Assembly: GCA_965207375.1 (NCBI GenBank)
Contig: OZ242274.1
Coordinates: 128,001-192,000, forward strand
DNA: 64,000 nt
Source of the DNA: Nitrosopumilaceae archaeon
GTDB taxonomy: Archaea > Thermoproteota > Nitrososphaeria > Nitrososphaerales > Nitrosopumilaceae
Direction: 5' to 3'
Every line of letters begins with the position of its first letter. The first letter of the stretch is position 1. The translations under genes were made by a program, and so were the position numbers. Positions 1 to 9,264 of this stretch are shown here, one piece after another. The notes below the pieces were generated by a model, which saw nothing but the letters and a program-made list of their open reading frames with translations, searched no databases and was not told the DNA's origin.

Positions 1-532
1 GTGATGTCTTTATTTCACGGTTGTACTGTTCTTTGTTTTCTGTGACTCTGACTATCTTTTCACCATCAAAGAAAAAGAGCTTTGCAATTCCCAGAGGTAA
101 TAATCCCTCAATAAATGTCTGCCATTGGGATTCGTCAATATCGCTCATAAGACGGTCATTTTTTGTAATTGAAAATGATTCTGTAGTTGTTCCTCCATTG
201 ACAGTCCAGTTTCTGTTTATCACATACCTGTCTTCTGAACCTTTGTGATAAAACCTGAATGCGATCTCTACTGAGGCAGAATCCGCACGTTTTCGATTAG
301 TTTTGTGTATTTTTTTATACATAAAATCAAGATATTCTTTTCTAGTCTTTTTGACTCCAAAGTACGTCTTGCCATAAAGTGCAATCATCATCGATTCTAG
401 TATAGTAGTCTTTCCTGCTCCGTTGTGTCCTCCAACTAAAACTATGGGTTTTTTGACAGTGGATACCAGATCAAAGTCATTTTGTCCTGCATATACCCCG
501 TAATTGTATACAGATAGGCGCTCAAGTAGCAT
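1..532 (-). CDS. dndD: DNA phosphorothioation ATPase DndD, N-terminal part (runs off the left edge)
   Basis: Manual translation from ATG at 532 gives MLLERLSVYNYGVYAGQNDFDLVSTVKKPIVLVGGHNGAGKTTILESMMIALYGK, an SMC-like Walker A typical of DndD. The start overlaps the dndC stop (TAATG). Confidence 0.9.
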   Translation of the reverse strand, partial: MLLERLSVYNYGVYAGQNDFDLVSTVKKPIVLVGGHNGAGKTTILESMMIALYGKTYFGVKKTRKEYLDFMYKKIHKTNRKRADSASVEIAFRFYHKGSEDRYVINRNWTVNGGTTTESFSITKNDRLMSDIDESQWQTFIEGLLPLGIAKLFFFDGEKIVRVTENKEQYNREIKTS

Positions 533-1950
533 TATTCGTAAATCTCCTTTATCTTACGCTTTTTGTTCTCTGCATCTTTTACTGCTATTTCCATGTCATC
601 CTTCCACTCTTCACCAAGTATTTTGGATATAGAGTCATGCACCTTTTGTCTGCGAGATATTCCCTGCATGTCAAACTCCACCTGTAATGCTCTTGCAACA
701 AGCTCATAATGCACACCATGTTGGGCGCAGGCCTGTTCTAGTTCATGCTGTTCTATACCTCCAAATTCTCCCAAATCCTCTTTGCTTGGTGTAATGTCTT
801 GACCCGTAACATCTTTGTAAATTGAATATGCAGAGTTTTTCCAGTCTCCCCTTTCTATTCTCCACAGACGTTGAATCTCATGAATTTCATCTTCATGAAT
901 AAGTGCAAGTTCTGGATCAGGTCCGTTCTTGCGTACTGTATTTTGTGCCTCCAAAAGACTTTGAAATATATTCTTGCAAAAATCAAACTTGTATGGACCA
1001 TAAGTCACCCTGTCATTCCAAAATATGACGCGTCCGTTTCTGTGTTTTAATTCACGATACTGATTCTTTTTAGCCGGATCCTGTGTGTCTTTGAGCATCT
1101 GTCGTAACTCCAATAACGGCTCCATCCACTCCTCACCGTTGTCAATCATACTCTCCATAGACTTGTCATGTTCTACTACCGTGCACACCCAACATCCAAA
1201 CCTACTGTTTCCGCATGATGCAGTACTAGTATCAACTACAAGCGGACACTCTGAGGCATTTGCATCCTGATACATTGCAAGAAGATCTCGGTTGTTTTTA
1301 CCCCACGGATTGTCTACATTTTGCAAAAGATAGTTCCACACATCTTGGGTTGTAAAATCCCTCAATGGGACATAGATGAATGCCTGTGGGAGCATATTGT
1401 GGTGGGATAGCCTACTTCCCTTGATTCTGTGAGAGTTGATAACCTGGGCTCTTGTGCTACTTTCATCCCTTCTGCTTCCAAGTACCATCACGACCTCCCC
1501 GTGCTCAGATACCTTGTCTTCGATGAATTTGTTTGCACTTTTTATCTTGAGCCTATCAGTACACCATCTAAATGTGCTTGAAGGTGCAGGGTAGCCCTTG
1601 CCAATCATACATACCCAAAATGTATTGTCAAGTATTGGACGGACAAGATTGGTCTCAATTGGAAGTGATGATTTTTTTGCTGCAGATTCCATCTTTTCAA
1701 GGGATTCAGTCACAGTTTCCACTATCTTTGGAGACTCTACAAGGGTATCAGAGGATATTATGTAGATTTTTTTTGTCAGACTCGATTTTGGAAGTCTTTC
1801 CAAAGCGGCCCAAACAAGTTGTATCATGCATGTAGAGTCCTTGCCTCCGCTGAATCCAAGAATCCAAGGTCGACCGTCTTCAAGATACACCTCCTGTATC
1901 TCAGTATAGATATCATCTAGTTTTTTTGATTTAAAAACTGATTCTGTCAT
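532..1950 (-). CDS. dndC: DNA phosphorothioation protein DndC (PAPS reductase-like)
   Basis: Motifs PWILGFSGGKDS, SDTLVE, GKGYPAP..FRWCTDRLKI, ECPLVVD..SCGNSRFGCWVCTVV. Confidence 0.95.
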   Translation of the reverse strand: MTESVFKSKKLDDIYTEIQEVYLEDGRPWILGFSGGKDSTCMIQLVWAALERLPKSSLTKKIYIISSDTLVESPKIVETVTESLEKMESAAKKSSLPIETNLVRPILDNTFWVCMIGKGYPAPSSTFRWCTDRLKIKSANKFIEDKVSEHGEVVMVLGSRRDESSTRAQVINSHRIKGSRLSHHNMLPQAFIYVPLRDFTTQDVWNYLLQNVDNPWGKNNRDLLAMYQDANASECPLVVDTSTASCGNSRFGCWVCTVVEHDKSMESMIDNGEEWMEPLLELRQMLKDTQDPAKKNQYRELKHRNGRVIFWNDRVTYGPYKFDFCKNIFQSLLEAQNTVRKNGPDPELALIHEDEIHEIQRLWRIERGDWKNSAYSIYKDVTGQDITPSKEDLGEFGGIEQHELEQACAQHGVHYELVARALQVEFDMQGISRRQKVHDSISKILGEEWKDDMEIAVKDAENKKRKIKEIYE

Positions 1951-2972
1951 ATTTTCTCACAGTGTTTTATTAGAATTTTTGCTGCTGCATTCATTCCTGC
2001 TTTGGTCTTTGTCATCTTGCCTCTAACTATTATTTTGCCGTCCCATTCCGGATTTGTTCTACTCCAGTCAACCTTTTGTAATCCTGACAGCATTCTTATC
2101 CATTTGTTTGGGAATTTTTTTATTAAGTAATTTCCTGCAATTGCAATTGCCTCAAGCATGTTTGTATTTGCATGAACAAAATCTTTGCGCAGTTCTGCAG
2201 GTGTTACCTTGTTGTTTGTAAGCAAAACCCATTCTGGAATGTTCTTGTACACAGCATTCCAAAAATTGATAACTGTTTCCTTTTCATGGTCTTTTAGATT
2301 TTTGTCCTTGCCAAGAATATTTTTTGTGGCAAGCTCCAATCCACTTAACGTAAAGAATTTGGTAGAGCGATTTGATATACTAGTTTTTTCCATTTCAATG
2401 CGATTACGAAACACCTTGACGTTTTTTGACATTTCAACCACAAACGTGGCAAAGTTATTGCGTCTATCATATAAAATTCCAAGTGATTTTGTTGGCTTTA
2501 CTGCATGCTTGTTGAGATCAGCAAACATCTGCTGGCTTTTTGCAAGCTTTAGATCCTCAAAAAATACTACAGAAATCTCATCTTGGCCTAATGCAGGATT
2601 CTCTGAGATGGCATCCTTTATGGCAGCAGCACGATGTTGTCCATCATTAATTAAAATTGAAGCATTCTGAGATATTGAAATAATTCCAAGATTACCTGTA
2701 TTCTTAGATGTTGATTCGAAATTTATTTTTCCATCTACAGATGCGGTAATCGATGAGAAGGTATAATCAAGTGGATTTGTAAGGATATAGTCACGTATTC
2801 TTGGGATACGGGATTTTCGCAGAGTTCTTTGGGCTCTTTGTTCTGCAGGAATGTCTGCATCTTTGAACGTAAATAGCTTGGCTACAGATTTTAATGTACA
2901 CATGGCAATGTAAAAGTCACTACCTGCCTGTCTTCCCCTTATTGCCTCAAAGGTATGAACATTAATTGCCAT
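1947..2972 (-). CDS. dndB: DNA sulfur modification protein DndB (DGQHR domain)
   Basis: RAQR, FSSITAS, INDGQHR and QQMFADLN motifs; ATGA overlap with dndC. Confidence 0.92.
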   Translation of the reverse strand: MAINVHTFEAIRGRQAGSDFYIAMCTLKSVAKLFTFKDADIPAEQRAQRTLRKSRIPRIRDYILTNPLDYTFSSITASVDGKINFESTSKNTGNLGIISISQNASILINDGQHRAAAIKDAISENPALGQDEISVVFFEDLKLAKSQQMFADLNKHAVKPTKSLGILYDRRNNFATFVVEMSKNVKVFRNRIEMEKTSISNRSTKFFTLSGLELATKNILGKDKNLKDHEKETVINFWNAVYKNIPEWVLLTNNKVTPAELRKDFVHANTNMLEAIAIAGNYLIKKFPNKWIRMLSGLQKVDWSRTNPEWDGKIIVRGKMTKTKAGMNAAAKILIKHCEKI

Positions 2973-3172
2973 GTTTTTGCTCCATTTTGTGCCTAAATTG
3001 GAAGTATATTTTTGAGTTAAAATTGTACATTTCTATAATTCAATAATCTACAATGTATATAACCTTAAGGCAGATACGGTGATAGAAAATTCAGATTATA
3101 TATACAAAAGAATCTATTTGCAATCAAAATGAGAAATAAATTCTAAATTTAGCACAATTTACACATTATGGA

Positions 3173-4132
3173 TCATTTCTCTGGGCTAAAAAATTGATTG
3201 CCATTGTATTCAGTTACACAGCTATCAAAAAGTAATCTGTATGCTTTTTTGTCATATGCAGAGTTTATGTCTTGTAGATAGTCTATAATTTCTTCATTTC
3301 TCTCTAGGACTTTATCAAATATTTTCTCATTTGGGAGCGTATCTGATTTGGTACAGTTGCATTGTTGACATGCTAATGTACAATTGTATGGATCAGTTGT
3401 AAACACGTAATTATACGGTATGACATGATCTACATGGGATTTTAATAGTTTTCCATCACAGTAAAAACATTTAGAATTCTGCCATTGACTCATTTTAATT
3501 CGTATTTCTGCATGTAGTGACTTTCTTTTGTTGTTTTCACTGTCGATTTTGTTTGAGATCTGAGGTGTCAATCGGTTTAATTTTTCAAGATATTTTGCCA
3601 AAACACCAGTCAATCCTTTTCTGAGTAAAATTTTGTGTTTATGCAAGAATTCAACAATGTCGTCATCAAGTACTATTGTTTTTGCATCAGTTTTTTTGTA
3701 CAGATCATTCATATCAGTTTTCAAATGCACTAAAACTTCGGGTTTAATACTGCGATTTATCACACTTGTTCTAAATTCCTGCATTGCATCTGATGCAAGT
3801 TCTTCGATTGTGGGTGGTTTTTTGTCAGGTTCATGTATTGCCTTTATCAATCTAGTAATATTTGCATCCTGTGGGTCTTGAGACTGTCTGAGACGAAAGC
3901 TATACTCCATATCCCAGTAATACTTTGCAAATCTGACTGCGATAAAATTTAGATTAACATGGATCTTATCATCCTCACGTTTTATCCATTGTTGGCCAAT
4001 CAGATCTTTTTTTGAATCATGTAGATTTCCTATATCCAAAAGTGCTCGTAAAAATACAGGTTTGTACGTACTAGACATTCTATTTGCATTGTTGAAGAAT
4101 CGATTAAACATCTGAATATAGTCTTTTGACAT
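3173..4132 (-). CDS. HNH endonuclease with N-terminal helical domain
   Basis: C-terminal CFYC..HVDHVIP..N..LACQQCN..KSD; N-terminal STYKPVFLRALLD / FAKYYW. Confidence 0.85.
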   Translation of the reverse strand: MSKDYIQMFNRFFNNANRMSSTYKPVFLRALLDIGNLHDSKKDLIGQQWIKREDDKIHVNLNFIAVRFAKYYWDMEYSFRLRQSQDPQDANITRLIKAIHEPDKKPPTIEELASDAMQEFRTSVINRSIKPEVLVHLKTDMNDLYKKTDAKTIVLDDDIVEFLHKHKILLRKGLTGVLAKYLEKLNRLTPQISNKIDSENNKRKSLHAEIRIKMSQWQNSKCFYCDGKLLKSHVDHVIPYNYVFTTDPYNCTLACQQCNCTKSDTLPNEKIFDKVLERNEEIIDYLQDINSAYDKKAYRLLFDSCVTEYNGNQFFSPEK

Positions 4133-4227
4133 TATAATGAAACATAGGTTGTACTGTAATAATATATTTTCATCAAGAGTTTATTTGTCAAGTTATGATG
4201 ACTCGTTGCTATCAACATCTATGAATT

Positions 4228-5139
4228 CTATGGGATTTTTTCCAATAGATACACATCAACCTCTGGCACAGTAACTGTACTTCCCAAAATCGTATCATAG
4301 TCTTTGAGACCAGTAAAGAGTCCCCAGATTCTGACCCTGTCAGGATCTTGGACGAACGGATCATGCTTTTTCTCAATGTCTTGTACCCACAAAATCTGCT
4401 CGTCTGTATCCGGACTAAAGTTTGACCATACAGAATTTGTAACAAACAGCTCATTAGAGACCTCAACCCGTAACATGTACGAATTGAAATTGTCCATCAC
4501 CTGTACGATATTTCCCTCGTATTGTATTATCTCGCCCTGGTACCTCTGACTTTCTGCCAAAAGCGAGTCATATGGAACTACAAGTGCATTTTGTCGTATC
4601 TGCTCGTCTGTCATCTCAGTTACTGACACCTTTGTATCCTCAAAGGACTCGTGTACAATTCCAAGTATGCCTACAAGCATCAAAATAGGCAGTATTGAAA
4701 GCAGCGCCCCAAGTATTAGCGTCTTGCGAGCCCGCGGTGGGTCCTGTTTTCTCAGACACAGATAAGATATTGCACCTCCCACTATGGAAAAAAATACAGG
4801 CAAAAGATACCACGCAGCACTTGACTGACGTGGCTGGTTGATAATTACAATATTTTTTTCTAAAACATCATCAGATGGAGACACAGATGGAACATCTTTT
4901 GGTTTTTCTTTGATATCTTCTGATACCCTTGTAGTTTCATTATAATTTTTCGTATCTTGATGCACGGAATTCTCAACAAGACGTTGCTTTAGACCTGCAA
5001 GATATTTCTCATCAGAGTTGTACAGTTGCCTGTCCTGTTTTAACATAGTTTTCATGTGGTATAATCGTCCCTCATCACCTATACCTAGATGTAACAGTGC
5101 ATCAATATCGGCAATTTTTTCAGAATCCAAACTGTTCAA
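4228..5139 (-). CDS. Membrane protein with WYLLP two-TM module and a probable OB-fold-like C-terminal domain
   Basis: Hydrophobic hairpin AWYLLPVFFSIVGG..; C-terminus YQGEIIQYEGNIVQV..DRVRIWG..TILGSTVTVP; paralogous to 5154-6347. Confidence 0.7.
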   Translation of the reverse strand: MNSLDSEKIADIDALLHLGIGDEGRLYHMKTMLKQDRQLYNSDEKYLAGLKQRLVENSVHQDTKNYNETTRVSEDIKEKPKDVPSVSPSDDVLEKNIVIINQPRQSSAAWYLLPVFFSIVGGAISYLCLRKQDPPRARKTLILGALLSILPILMLVGILGIVHESFEDTKVSVTEMTDEQIRQNALVVPYDSLLAESQRYQGEIIQYEGNIVQVMDNFNSYMLRVEVSNELFVTNSVWSNFSPDTDEQILWVQDIEKKHDPFVQDPDRVRIWGLFTGLKDYDTILGSTVTVPEVDVYLLEKIP

Positions 5140-5153
5140 CAGTTTACAGTTTG

Positions 5154-6347
5154 TTATTTAAAGTATTGATCAACTAGTTCCACGCATGAAATGTCATCAT
5201 CAAGTGAATCTAGCAACAGTACTGTCTCGTTGTGCTTTTTGGTATTGGATGCAAGTAAATCCTGATTAGCTTCTTGTTCCTTTAGTTGCTGTCGTGCAAG
5301 AACAATCTCGTGTAAATCCTTTTTGACAGACTCTATATTTACCAGTATTTCTTGGCCTTGCTGTGTCAGAATATCAGGTGCAGTCACGTCAGGTATTGTG
5401 TATCCGCGATTATCAAATGTAGATATAGTATCTACGTCAAAGAATTCTCCTGAATACATCAGATGGTCCTCCTCATCAATGTGTCGTAGTCCCAAATAGT
5501 GTCCCATCTCGTGTGCAATTATATATTTTAGTGACTGCATGCTATACTGCTGATACTGGGAATGACAGTCATCATTTCCCAGCCGTATTACAATGAAATG
5601 ATTATCGGCACCATTAGATTCTACATCATGTACAGTGTGTAGTCCAAGGCCGCCTGAAGGCATCCAGCGCCTCCATTCTATGTGTACGTTACCATCAGAT
5701 TCTACCAACTCAAACTCTACAAATGAATTAGAGGATTTCCATGCAGATATCGCCTCCTCTAGTGCCAAAATAACTATACCAGAGTCAACATACTCGGGAA
5801 TAGAATCATGAGACACGGTATGAATTTCAGATTCACGCATTGAGATGGCCTCTGGTTTGCCAGGTGCAACGACATCCTCAGATACATCTACATCCTCAGA
5901 TTCATCTGAGATGGCTTGATTTTGAATTGTAGATACTACATCTTCATCAAAAAGTGAATCATCAACCCTGTCTGCATCATACATGGCACCTGCAGCCACC
6001 AGCCCCACAAACACCACAAGCGTTACAATGCCCAGCAGTAGCGTATTTCGCGCAAGCTTGGGATCAACATGGCGCAGACCCACATATGCAATCAGACCTC
6101 CCAAGAGTGAAAGAAACAACGGAAGTAGATACCATGCACGGCTTGATCTCTTTTTTGAAACAGATGCATCAAACTGTTTTAGCTCACCAACACGCCCAAA
6201 GGTATCATAAACATAGTCAATGTCATCCTGATTTACATCATTATACAAGATTCTGTTTCGTATTCTGACTAGTCTGGCAAGATCACCCATCTCAAGCCTT
6301 TCTAGTGCCTTTATCATGTTTAGAATGTCACTGGATTTTTTATCCAT
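5154..6347 (-). CDS. Membrane-anchored matrixin/metzincin-like metallopeptidase with WYLLP module
   Basis: HEMGHYLGLRH zinc motif followed by a Met-turn (HLMY); N-terminal TM hairpin. Confidence 0.85.
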   Translation of the reverse strand: MDKKSSDILNMIKALERLEMGDLARLVRIRNRILYNDVNQDDIDYVYDTFGRVGELKQFDASVSKKRSSRAWYLLPLFLSLLGGLIAYVGLRHVDPKLARNTLLLGIVTLVVFVGLVAAGAMYDADRVDDSLFDEDVVSTIQNQAISDESEDVDVSEDVVAPGKPEAISMRESEIHTVSHDSIPEYVDSGIVILALEEAISAWKSSNSFVEFELVESDGNVHIEWRRWMPSGGLGLHTVHDVESNGADNHFIVIRLGNDDCHSQYQQYSMQSLKYIIAHEMGHYLGLRHIDEEDHLMYSGEFFDVDTISTFDNRGYTIPDVTAPDILTQQGQEILVNIESVKKDLHEIVLARQQLKEQEANQDLLASNTKKHNETVLLLDSLDDDISCVELVDQYFK

Positions 6348-6585
6348 GATACATCACAGATTTCTTGATTATTTCAGCATTATTACAATAACTAGATGTC
6401 AATGACAGATGTCAATTAAGATGCCTAGCAATGACATTGATAAAATAATGACTACATTGACTTTGAATATATCGTATGTGTATTTTTCACCTAGTGAACA
6501 AGTACGAACTGTCCTAAATGTGGGTTTACCACCTATACCCTTTCAGACCGGATAAGCCATGCTAAATCATGTAATGAGAATAACT

Positions 6586-6643
6586 AACTGTATGTTATCA
6601 AGCCGAGATCTTAATTTTTTATTTTTTTAAAATTTGTTGATTA
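6586..6643. repeat. 58-bp direct repeat R1, copy 1 (copy 2 at 7921-7978)
   Basis: aactgtatgttatcaagccgagatcttaattttttatttttttaaaatttgttgatta; 56/58 identical to copy 2 by manual alignment. Confidence 0.95.
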
Positions 6644-7480
6644 TCTTTGAGGCCATAATGCCTTAATCTCATCAGGAACATCAAAAACTGTTATAGTTCC
6701 GTTAAACTGTGGATATTCCTTGATTTTCCATGTATAAACGCCTGCATCAAGAGCATACCATTTCTCATATTGTAATCTGTCAAACCCATCTGCCTTTACC
6801 CTCTTACCATCCTCATCCTTTACTATGAAAGTAAGATGTGATTTATTATGGTTTAGAAATTCAGGCTCATTTTCCTGTCCGTCATACATGTAATCTTCAT
6901 ATTCAATTTCCAAATTTGACTGTCTATGATCAAGTTTAGGAATCCATAATTCAGTGTTTTGAGATGTGGCAATACATGGTTCTGTTGAGTTGTTAAATGT
7001 CCAACCCTCATACCATTGACATTGGTTACCAACGCTAACTGATATGTAATAGTGAATATCTCGTAGATTGTTGTTATCTAACCATTCGTTTCTTGCAGTC
7101 TCGTATTTTTTATGTTCGTAATATGACAACACATCACCCCAACGGTTATGGTGATCCTCAAAGCGTGTATCATTCATGAATTTCTTCATTAATTCCATCT
7201 CTACCATCTCTGGTTTCATGTCTCCAATTGCATCCCTTTTGGCATCAAGTTTGGCTTTTAACTCATCAATCTTATTTTCTAATCTGTCAATCTTCATGTG
7301 TTTACGTTTAAGATTCTCCTTAGTCTCAAGATATGCCTCTTTTTGCTCTTCTGGAGACATGGCATCATATTCTGCAGTCCACTTTACAATTAACTCATCT
7401 ATACCTTCAATGGCTGCATAGGCACTTGAAGTTATTCCAATTGCTAGAACTGCGATAATGGTAAAATGTAAAGTCTTCAC
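6641..7480 (-). CDS. Secreted protein: signal peptide, coiled coil and possible ligand-less cupredoxin-like C-terminus
   Basis: Signal peptide MKTLHFTIIAVLAIGITSSAYA; heptad region; ends AGVYTWKIKEYPQFNGTITV. Confidence 0.7.
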   Translation of the reverse strand: MKTLHFTIIAVLAIGITSSAYAAIEGIDELIVKWTAEYDAMSPEEQKEAYLETKENLKRKHMKIDRLENKIDELKAKLDAKRDAIGDMKPEMVEMELMKKFMNDTRFEDHHNRWGDVLSYYEHKKYETARNEWLDNNNLRDIHYYISVSVGNQCQWYEGWTFNNSTEPCIATSQNTELWIPKLDHRQSNLEIEYEDYMYDGQENEPEFLNHNKSHLTFIVKDEDGKRVKADGFDRLQYEKWYALDAGVYTWKIKEYPQFNGTITVFDVPDEIKALWPQR

Positions 7481-7517
7481 TGGTGTTTAGACTGAATTGA
7501 GAGTAATTAAATCAATC
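7473..7517 (-). promoter_or_regulatory. Conserved start/promoter repeat R2, copy 1 (copy 2 at 9207-9250)
   Basis: gtcttcactggtgtttagactgaattgagagtaattaaatcaatc versus gtcttcactgggtttaggcagaattgagagttattaaatcagtc; AT-rich TATA-like box about 25-30 bp upstream of the GTG start. Confidence 0.7.
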
Positions 7518-7558
7518 TGCCTGGTTCTTAATTATTTTCATCAGATGATTTTATATCT

Positions 7559-7864
7559 TCACCTGTGGCTTTTTTCATATTTTGGCCACTCATCTAGTTT
7601 TTCATCCTTCAAGTTTACATATTTCAAACAGTTCAATAATTCGTACCTTGTTTTTTCATTATCGCCATTCTCTTCCTTTAACAACCGATCAACCTTGCAT
7701 GCAATTTCCCAGAGAACGCATTTTTTTTCATTCAAGTTTACACATTTCAAATGGTTCGATAAATCGGCTCTTACCTGTTCCCTATCTGGATTATCTTTAT
7801 TCAAATAATCATTTGCCTTACGTGCAATTTCCCAGAGAACGCTATCAGGGTCGTCTTTCTCCAT
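7559..7864 (-). CDS. Small hypothetical protein with an internal duplication of about 40 aa
   Basis: VLWEIARKA..LSNHLKCVNLNEKK versus VLWEIACKV..LLNCLKYVNLKDEK. Confidence 0.7.
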   Translation of the reverse strand: MEKDDPDSVLWEIARKANDYLNKDNPDREQVRADLSNHLKCVNLNEKKCVLWEIACKVDRLLKEENGDNEKTRYELLNCLKYVNLKDEKLDEWPKYEKSHR

Positions 7865-7920
7865 TATTACATTAGAATTGCAACACGTGTTTAAAGCTGG
7901 CGATCAGCTAAAGACCGTCA

Positions 7921-7978
7921 AACTGCATGTTATCAAGCCGAGATCTTGATTTTTTATTTTTTTAAAATTTGTTGATTA
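7921..7978. repeat. 58-bp direct repeat R1, copy 2
   Basis: aactgcatgttatcaagccgagatcttgattttttatttttttaaaatttgttgatta. Confidence 0.95.
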
Positions 7979-7987
7979 GAAGTTAGG

Positions 7988-9214
7988 TTAACTTATTCGT
8001 GAAGATTTGACTGTTCCGTCAGGATGATAACCCATTCTAACGTTTTGTCCATCTTCATTTTTATACGCATGATAACTGACATTACCATTTGGATGGTACC
8101 TGACTTCTTCACAATTAGAGTATCCAGAGTAATACCAAACATTATCATCTGATAAGGAATACCTTATGTTATTACCATTATTACGATCACTACAATCGTA
8201 GTGCATATAATAGCCATGATTTACTTTTTTTTCTGCACTATATGCAGTACCGTTTTGGTTATAATACACTTCCATTATGATTGTACCGTCATCATGGTAT
8301 GAATAATATTTGTATTTTATCATGCTGTATTTGGTATCGTCGCCCTTGAATGTGCTAATCGTTTCCGTCATGACTGTATAGACTCTACTACTGTTTGTAT
8401 AGACCCGATGGTCCAGATACCAAATATCACATTTGCCATCACGATTATAATCATTAGTAATGCTAAAACCCCAGTATTCATGTTCATGTCTTATCGAGAA
8501 TCCACCGGCATGGGTGCTAACTTTAAAAGGACATGGACTTTGCTGTAACTCTGGCTGTTCATAGTATGATTCGTAAGGTGGTTGTGGCATATAGTCCATT
8601 AATGATGGACGTATAGTAATTGGTTCAGGTTGTGTCATAGGATTTGTTGGTACCGTGTATTTCTCTGGTTCTATTATTCTATGCTTTTCCATCAAGGTCT
8701 TCATTTCACTCATCTGTGCCTTCATTGCATCAAGTTTCTCATTCTTATTGTCAATCTTTCTATCTACCTTTTCTTTCAAGTGATCAATCTTTGCATCTTT
8801 GTTATCAAGTGCATCTTCTAGTTCTGCATTCTTTGCATTTTTTCTATCTAGTTTATCCTGTAGTTTTACATCTTGATTTTCAGTTTGACTGGTTTTAGCT
8901 TTTAGTTTATCTCTTAGTTCTGCAATCTTTGCATTTTTCTTTTGTTTATCTTCTTGTAGTTCTGCAATCTTTGCATTTTTCTTTTGTTTATCTTCTTGTA
9001 GTTCTGCAATCTTAGCTTCTAGTTCTGCAATCATTGCCCTTAATTGAATGACTATTGGCCACTCTTCCATCATATCATCAGTGACAGAACCTGTACTGTT
9101 TTGTATTGGCCCATTCATTCTCATATCTTCTTCATGACTATCTGCATAGGCTACAGAACTGGATAGTAACGTAATTGAAAGTAATGCTATAATTGTGATG
9201 TTAAAGGTCTTCAC
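7988..9214 (-). CDS. Secreted protein: signal peptide, coiled coil, Pro-rich linker and MORN/YwqK-like repeats
   Basis: MKTFNITIIALLSITLLSSSVAYA; repeats YHDDGTI, YYNQNGT, YHPNGNV, YHPDGTV. Confidence 0.75.
   Translation of the reverse strand: MKTFNITIIALLSITLLSSSVAYADSHEEDMRMNGPIQNSTGSVTDDMMEEWPIVIQLRAMIAELEAKIAELQEDKQKKNAKIAELQEDKQKKNAKIAELRDKLKAKTSQTENQDVKLQDKLDRKNAKNAELEDALDNKDAKIDHLKEKVDRKIDNKNEKLDAMKAQMSEMKTLMEKHRIIEPEKYTVPTNPMTQPEPITIRPSLMDYMPQPPYESYYEQPELQQSPCPFKVSTHAGGFSIRHEHEYWGFSITNDYNRDGKCDIWYLDHRVYTNSSRVYTVMTETISTFKGDDTKYSMIKYKYYSYHDDGTIIMEVYYNQNGTAYSAEKKVNHGYYMHYDCSDRNNGNNIRYSLSDDNVWYYSGYSNCEEVRYHPNGNVSYHAYKNEDGQNVRMGYHPDGTVKSSRIS
8915..9013. repeat. 42-bp coding tandem repeat (about 2.3 copies; KIAELQEDKQKKNA)
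   Basis: Units beginning tagttctgcaatctt at 8915, 8957 and 8999. Confidence 0.9.
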
Positions 9215-9250
9215 TGGGTTTAGGCAGAATTGAGAGTTATTAAATCAGTC
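9207..9250 (-). promoter_or_regulatory. Conserved start/promoter repeat R2, copy 2
   Basis: Aligns to 7473-7517 with a few substitutions and one indel. Confidence 0.7.
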
Positions 9251-9264
9251 GATATTGCACGGAA

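Noticed and set aside
6500-6587. Short frame encoding CPKC..HAKSC (zinc-finger-like)
   Set aside because: No in-frame start and under 30 codons; at most a remnant.
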